A DNA stretch of 64,000 nucleotides from an uncultured archaeon (GTDB lineage Archaea; Asgardarchaeota; Lokiarchaeia; Sigyniarchaeales; SOKP01). The notes beneath the pieces are model-generated. The model saw nothing but the letters and a program-made list of their open reading frames with translations. It was not told the origin of the DNA and did no database searches. The DNA lies in NCBI GenBank assembly GCA_964583985.1, contig CAZOYD010000010.1, positions 1 to 64,000 on the forward strand, given 5' to 3'. This document shows, piece after piece, positions 59,172 through 64,000 of this stretch (positions within the stretch are counted from its first letter, which is position 1; each line of letters begins with the position of its first letter). The translations under genes were made by a program, and so were the position numbers.

Positions 59172-59258
59172 TAAAATATTTTAGTCAAACTACATTATTT
59201 CTTTTAATTTTAACTTATTTTTAGATTTCACCACATAACTAAAATAGAGGATTCAAAC

Positions 59259-60716
59259 ATGGATTTATCGAAATTATTTTTCCCTGAATCAATTGGAATC
59301 ATTGGAGCGAGTTCTAATCCCGCTGGTGGGGGTTTTTTTTATAGGGTTATGAAGGATAAATTTAAAGGATCCATTTATTTATTCAATCCTAAATTAGCAG
59401 GAGGAAAATTATTTGGGGAACATGTATATTCATCAATTTTAGATGTTTCTGAACCAATCGATTACGTCATATTAGCGGTTCCTGCAAGAATAGTTCCACA
59501 AATGTTAGAACAGATAGGTCAGAAACAGGTACCTTTTTGTACCATCTTTTCATCTGGATTTCGAGAAGTCGGAAATAAAGATCTTGAAAAAGCAACCTTA
59601 GAAATGGCGCGGAAGTATAATATTCGAATAATCGGTCCTAATTGCCTGGGGGTCTACAATCCCAGAGGGGGGCTTTACTTTGGTTTTGAGCAATCGAGAA
59701 AATCCGGAAATTTTGGAGGCATCTTTCAATCTGGAGGTATTGCTCAGAATATATCCCAACTTGCAGTTTCTTATGGACTGTACATCTCAAAATTTATTTC
59801 GGTAGGAAATTCATTAGACATCTCTCCTGCAGATTTCTTAGATTATTTTATAGAAGATGAGCATACTAAAATAATAGGAATGTATATTGAAAACTTGCGA
59901 TCGATTGCAACAGGGAGAAAATTCATGCAAATGATGAAAAAGTGTAATTTGAATCGAAAACCAGTGATATTATGGCGAGCAGGTTATGGAGAAGCGACAA
60001 AAAAAGCAATTCTTTCTCATACGGGTGGTTTAGCAGGGAATAACCAAATATGGAAAGCAATAGGAAAACAAACTGGGAGTTGTATTGTAAAAAGTTCAAA
60101 TGAGCTTGCAGCCTTGGCTTCAGCATTCAATTTCGCGAGTTTACCTGATTCACGTAATGTCGGCGTAATTGGGATTGGAGGGGGATCAACGATAGAAGCT
60201 GTGGATATCTTGGAAAATTATAATCTAAAAATTCCTGCATTATCGGCAAAAACTATAAACAAAATGAGTCGATTCATTCCTGATGTGAATACAAATCTCA
60301 CAAATCCAATTGATTTAGGAGGTATGGGAATTCAACCACACATATATTATCGGACTATCTTAGCGCTTGATAAGGATCCTAACATTTCTTCAATAGTGTT
60401 TATTAAAGATCCTGAAAGGTTTGGAGGATTTACGGAAATTTTAAACGAATTAGGCTACCATGGCATGGATTTAAATCGAGAATTTATAAGGTACATCTCT
60501 AAAGCGAAAAGTGTTTGCACGAAACCGATGTATTGTGTGATGCTTAAAATTAATGAGGGATTTGAAGAATATAAGAGTAGATACAAATTCAAACTAAAGC
60601 TGCTTAATAGGAATGTCCCTGTTTTTGAATCATTGGAGCTCACAGGTTCAGTTCTTGATAAATTGAATAATTATCGAGAATTTCTTCAAAAATATGATAA
60701 ATTCCCCAAAAAATAG
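59259..60716 (+). CDS. Acyl-CoA synthetase (ADP-forming) alpha-subunit-like CoA-binding protein
   Basis: P.SI.IIGAS, SSGF.E, IIGPNCLG, QSGG, S.GN, phospho-His SHTG.LAG, NP.D; no ATP-grasp subunit seen in the window. Confidence 0.88.
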   Translation: MDLSKLFFPESIGIIGASSNPAGGGFFYRVMKDKFKGSIYLFNPKLAGGKLFGEHVYSSILDVSEPIDYVILAVPARIVPQMLEQIGQKQVPFCTIFSSGFREVGNKDLEKATLEMARKYNIRIIGPNCLGVYNPRGGLYFGFEQSRKSGNFGGIFQSGGIAQNISQLAVSYGLYISKFISVGNSLDISPADFLDYFIEDEHTKIIGMYIENLRSIATGRKFMQMMKKCNLNRKPVILWRAGYGEATKKAILSHTGGLAGNNQIWKAIGKQTGSCIVKSSNELAALASAFNFASLPDSRNVGVIGIGGGSTIEAVDILENYNLKIPALSAKTINKMSRFIPDVNTNLTNPIDLGGMGIQPHIYYRTILALDKDPNISSIVFIKDPERFGGFTEILNELGYHGMDLNREFIRYISKAKSVCTKPMYCVMLKINEGFEEYKSRYKFKLKLLNRNVPVFESLELTGSVLDKLNNYREFLQKYDKFPKK

Positions 60717-60728
60717 TAATTTTTATAT

Positions 60729-61514
60729 CTATTTCAAGTGTTTCACTTCAATTGGTCTTCCAGGACTTCCTTGATAATAAAACTTTTCCGGTTTTCCTCT
60801 CCAATTTTTATGTAAGACTGTATTAGGGAAAATAACATTATTACTTGTTGTCAAGGCATTTGGCCCGACGATATTTCCTGGATAAAGTGTAGTGTTGTTA
60901 TCTAATTTAATTTCCATTATAGAAATTTTTCCAAATATTGAATTAACAGCATGAGATGATAATGCAGCTGTAGGATAAATAAATACATCATTCCCTAAAT
61001 CTGTAAATTCTAATCCCACATACGCATCGCAATAGATTACATTTTTCCCTATCTTATTATGGCCAACTTTTCGTAGAGTTCTATTAACTAACCATGGAAA
61101 TATGGATTTAGATGTAAGCCACATGGGATATTTAATAATGAAACCACGCTTGTGATAATATTTGATCATCTTTCCTTCTTCACTATTAATGTCATCAAGT
61201 TCTCTTTTGAACACGCCTTGACGGGGGGGTGATTTTCGATGCCAATAATTAGCCCAGAAGGCAGTGAATTCAACTAAAATAATTAGATATAGATAATATA
61301 AAATTAAGAGAACTATAGGCAGGATGATCAAATGAATGATCAATGGAATTGAAAATAAAATGATGAAATAATATTCAAATATGAGAAATAAACCCAAACA
61401 TGCATATAAAGGTACAATAAAACTTATAATGTTAATCTTAAAGAAATCTAAGGCTGGTAAATTGACAGTTTGTTTTTTTTCTTCTTGACCTTCTTTATCT
61501 TTGGTTGCATTCAT
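60729..61514 (-). CDS. Membrane-anchored left-handed beta-helix (acyltransferase-like) protein
   Basis: Two TM segments, then KIGKNV, LGNDVFI, SSH, L.NNT.L.PG.IVGP, YQGSPGRPI. Confidence 0.72.
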   Translation of the reverse strand: MNATKDKEGQEEKKQTVNLPALDFFKINIISFIVPLYACLGLFLIFEYYFIILFSIPLIIHLIILPIVLLILYYLYLIILVEFTAFWANYWHRKSPPRQGVFKRELDDINSEEGKMIKYYHKRGFIIKYPMWLTSKSIFPWLVNRTLRKVGHNKIGKNVIYCDAYVGLEFTDLGNDVFIYPTAALSSHAVNSIFGKISIMEIKLDNNTTLYPGNIVGPNALTTSNNVIFPNTVLHKNWRGKPEKFYYQGSPGRPIEVKHLK

Positions 61515-61749
61515 TATAAGAAGATATAAATCCTCTCAATAAAAAAATATGTGATCGTTTTTATAATAAAAAATAAAGTAAAATTTCATAGAAAACTGGA
61601 TTTGAAATAATTAGAAAATTGAACAGTTCCTCATTTTTTATACGAATACAGTATAACGAAATACTTTAATAATAATTTTTGATTTTACTCTTTAATTTGG
61701 GAATTATAGGTACCTATTCATAATCAATACAAAGAAAAATAAGATTTTT

Positions 61750-62976
61750 ATATCTGGACTCAACGAAAAAAAAATATTTAAATATCGAAACTTAACACCC
61801 CTCTGGATTTCTGTCTTTACAGATATAATAGGATTTTCTTTAATCCTTCCCATGTCTGGATTCTTTCAAGATCTTTATCACACCACTACTATTATGATCG
61901 GATTAGTTTTTTCCATTAATGCCATGTTTGGTTTTGTTTTTGGTCCAATATTGGGAAAACTTAGTGATAAATTTGGAAGAAGACCCTTGTTATTAATTTC
62001 TCAGTTTGGTACTCTAATTGGATTTGTATTATTAGCGTTTTCAAATTCACTAGAACTTCTAATTTTCTCAAGAATTATTGATGGGGTTTTTGGAGGAAAT
62101 TTTCCTATAGCAAAAGCGATTGTGAGCGATGTTGTACCTCCTAAGGATAGGGGAATACAAATGGCTAACATAGGAATAGCTCATGTTTTAGCCTCTCTCA
62201 TTGGACCTGGATTAGGTGGTATATTTTTTTCAATTGGGGGCCTTTTTCTCAGTGGTATCTTTGCTGCTGGTTTATCCGCTTTCACAATGATTCTCACAAT
62301 CTCCGTGTTAAAAGAATCATGGCCTAAAGAGCAAAGAATGGAGTCTCACAAACTTTTAAAAGCAAATAATGAAAAAATCTTTAGTAATAAAAATGCAGTA
62401 TTTCTTCTAACACTTTTTGGATTTCATTCCGTATCATTTATGATAATGATGAGCTCAATATCCTTTTTTGGGGTATTAGTTCTTAAATTAGGGATTTTAG
62501 AAATATCTTTAATATTGATGGTGTCAGGAATTGTTCGTACAACCATTCGTTTTACGCTTTTTAAACCAACTCTTAGGAAACTAGGAGAAAGCAATGCAAT
62601 TAGGTTGGGTTTATCTATATTTCTAGTTTGTTTCTTCTTCATTGGATTTTCTCCAAATGTTATGATATTCTTCATCTTATTGATGGTAATCAGCTTTGCA
62701 GCTTCTTTAACGAGGGGACCTTTAAATAGCATGATTAGTCAAACTGTTTCATCAAAAATTCAAGGAAAAATTAATGGTTATGGTTCTTCTTTGGATAGCT
62801 TTGCTCAAATTGTTGGACCGTTGATTGGTACATTCATTCTTCAGTTTTTTATGCCCTTTTGGTTAGGTATTGTCATAGCCGCTTTTGCTTTTCCTCCATT
62901 CATTATGGCTTTTCAAAAAATTGAATCTAAAAAATACATACTTCCATCATTTAGAGAGGAAAATACTATAGGATAA
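61750..62976 (+). CDS. MFS transporter (TetA/DHA1 family)
   Basis: Motif A GKLSDKFGRRP, SRIIDG.FGG, IGP.LGG. TM1 (LWISVFTDIIGFSLILP) lies upstream of the first ATG (61852), so the start is placed tentatively at ATA 61750. Confidence 0.9.
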   Translation: MSGLNEKKIFKYRNLTPLWISVFTDIIGFSLILPMSGFFQDLYHTTTIMIGLVFSINAMFGFVFGPILGKLSDKFGRRPLLLISQFGTLIGFVLLAFSNSLELLIFSRIIDGVFGGNFPIAKAIVSDVVPPKDRGIQMANIGIAHVLASLIGPGLGGIFFSIGGLFLSGIFAAGLSAFTMILTISVLKESWPKEQRMESHKLLKANNEKIFSNKNAVFLLTLFGFHSVSFMIMMSSISFFGVLVLKLGILEISLILMVSGIVRTTIRFTLFKPTLRKLGESNAIRLGLSIFLVCFFFIGFSPNVMIFFILLMVISFAASLTRGPLNSMISQTVSSKIQGKINGYGSSLDSFAQIVGPLIGTFILQFFMPFWLGIVIAAFAFPPFIMAFQKIESKKYILPSFREENTIG

Positions 62977-63023
62977 AACGAGTGTAAGATCTGTAAAAAT
63001 AAGATTATTGAAAAAAAATTTAT

Positions 63024-63860
63024 TTATTCTTTTAAAAAATCAATTATAGCTTGATTAACTTCGGGTGCTTTTTCTAAAGGGCTACTATGTCCTGCTTTTT
63101 CAATTACTATAAATTTACTATTAGGTATTTCATTATGAATTTCTTCCATTGAGCTTTTTGGAGTTAATCTGTCGTGTGATGCTGTTATAATCAACGTAGG
63201 ACTTTTAATCGTTTTTAATCTATCGAATGTATCATGTGTTTTTAACGCACTTGCTTGCATTTCAATATCTTCTGCCGTAGGAGAATCAATTATGCTTGTT
63301 TCTATCATATCCTCGGCTGACCATAATCCATACCATTTTTTAGAAGGATTTGCTTCCATTTCTTTCCGAAACTTTATATAATATCCACTTCTAGCTCCAT
63401 CCCACCACGCTTTCACGTGATCAATTTTTTTTTGCTTTTCTTCTTCTAAACGCATGTTTTTATACACTAATGGACCATCTTCATCTGGAAATCCGTAATT
63501 AGTATTGATTAAAATAACCTTTTTTATTTTCTCTGGATATTTTAAAAGGAAATTTTGTACAATCATCCCACCAAGCGACCACCCCGCTATATTGGTCTTT
63601 TCAATACCCAAAAAGTCCATCAAACCTTTAATATCATCGGCGAATACGTCCATCGTATAGTTTCCTTTAGGACGATCACTTTTTCCAGCACCCCTATTAT
63701 CAAATCGGATCACTTTGAAATGTTTAGATAACACGGGAAATTGAGCAATCCAACTCTCCTTTTTACTGCCAAATCCATGCACTAAAAAGAGTGGTTCCCC
63801 ATCTCCGGCTATTTCATAGCAAATTTTAATACCATTAACTTCTGCATATTGTTCTGTCAT
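63024..63860 (-). CDS. Alpha/beta-fold hydrolase
   Basis: LVHG, FDNRGAGKS, GWSLGG, D.LTP, AGH...EK. Confidence 0.93.
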   Translation of the reverse strand: MTEQYAEVNGIKICYEIAGDGEPLFLVHGFGSKKESWIAQFPVLSKHFKVIRFDNRGAGKSDRPKGNYTMDVFADDIKGLMDFLGIEKTNIAGWSLGGMIVQNFLLKYPEKIKKVILINTNYGFPDEDGPLVYKNMRLEEEKQKKIDHVKAWWDGARSGYYIKFRKEMEANPSKKWYGLWSAEDMIETSIIDSPTAEDIEMQASALKTHDTFDRLKTIKSPTLIITASHDRLTPKSSMEEIHNEIPNSKFIVIEKAGHSSPLEKAPEVNQAIIDFLKE

Positions 63861-64000
63861 TTTTTTTGATTCCTCATTTCATAGATTATCTATCAAATCT
63901 CATGTTTAGATTAAGCTTTTTAGTCAATTATGATATAGTAAAAAGATTAGGATTTTAAAAAATCTATGATAAGTTGATTAATTTCAGGGGCTCTTTCTTT

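Noticed and set aside
1407-62732. Many short ORFs antisense to or nested in long genes (e.g. 2172..2594, 3685..4014, 5849..6214, 18732..19133, 23060..23482, 41021..41506, 62424..62732)
   Set aside because: Shadow frames of motif-bearing genes, with Ser/Ile/Phe-biased composition and no independent evidence.

Overview
AT-rich archaeal chromosomal window, most likely from an Asgard archaeon (Lokiarchaeia). The evidence is a four-gene ESCRT locus (Vps22/36-like, Vps25, Vps4, ESCRT-III), longin/roadblock-like proteins, archaeal eS1/uS15, a NOP2-like/NIP7 pair and a TFS-like zinc ribbon. About 50 CDSs, two tRNA genes and one or two decayed genes are supported; I found no mobile element, CRISPR array or rRNA. 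Best candidate for an undescribed system: a tightly packed ~16 kb five-gene operon (39352-55211) in which one MacB/LolD-type ATPase and two internally duplicated FtsX/MacB-type permeases bracket a 1303-aa surface-anchored Ig-repeat protein and a 1589-aa membrane-anchored subtilase with a cytoplasmic double zinc ribbon. Other notable observations: both tRNAs (Gly-GCC, Val-GAC) carry hairpin insertions in the D-loop; two genes appear to start at ATA; a short face-to-face-type histone; a bacterial-type RNase III; a TFS-like protein with no catalytic ribbon; a His-rich NikR near larB/larC; and tandem P3A H+-ATPases. All calls come from reading motifs by eye; no database search was run.
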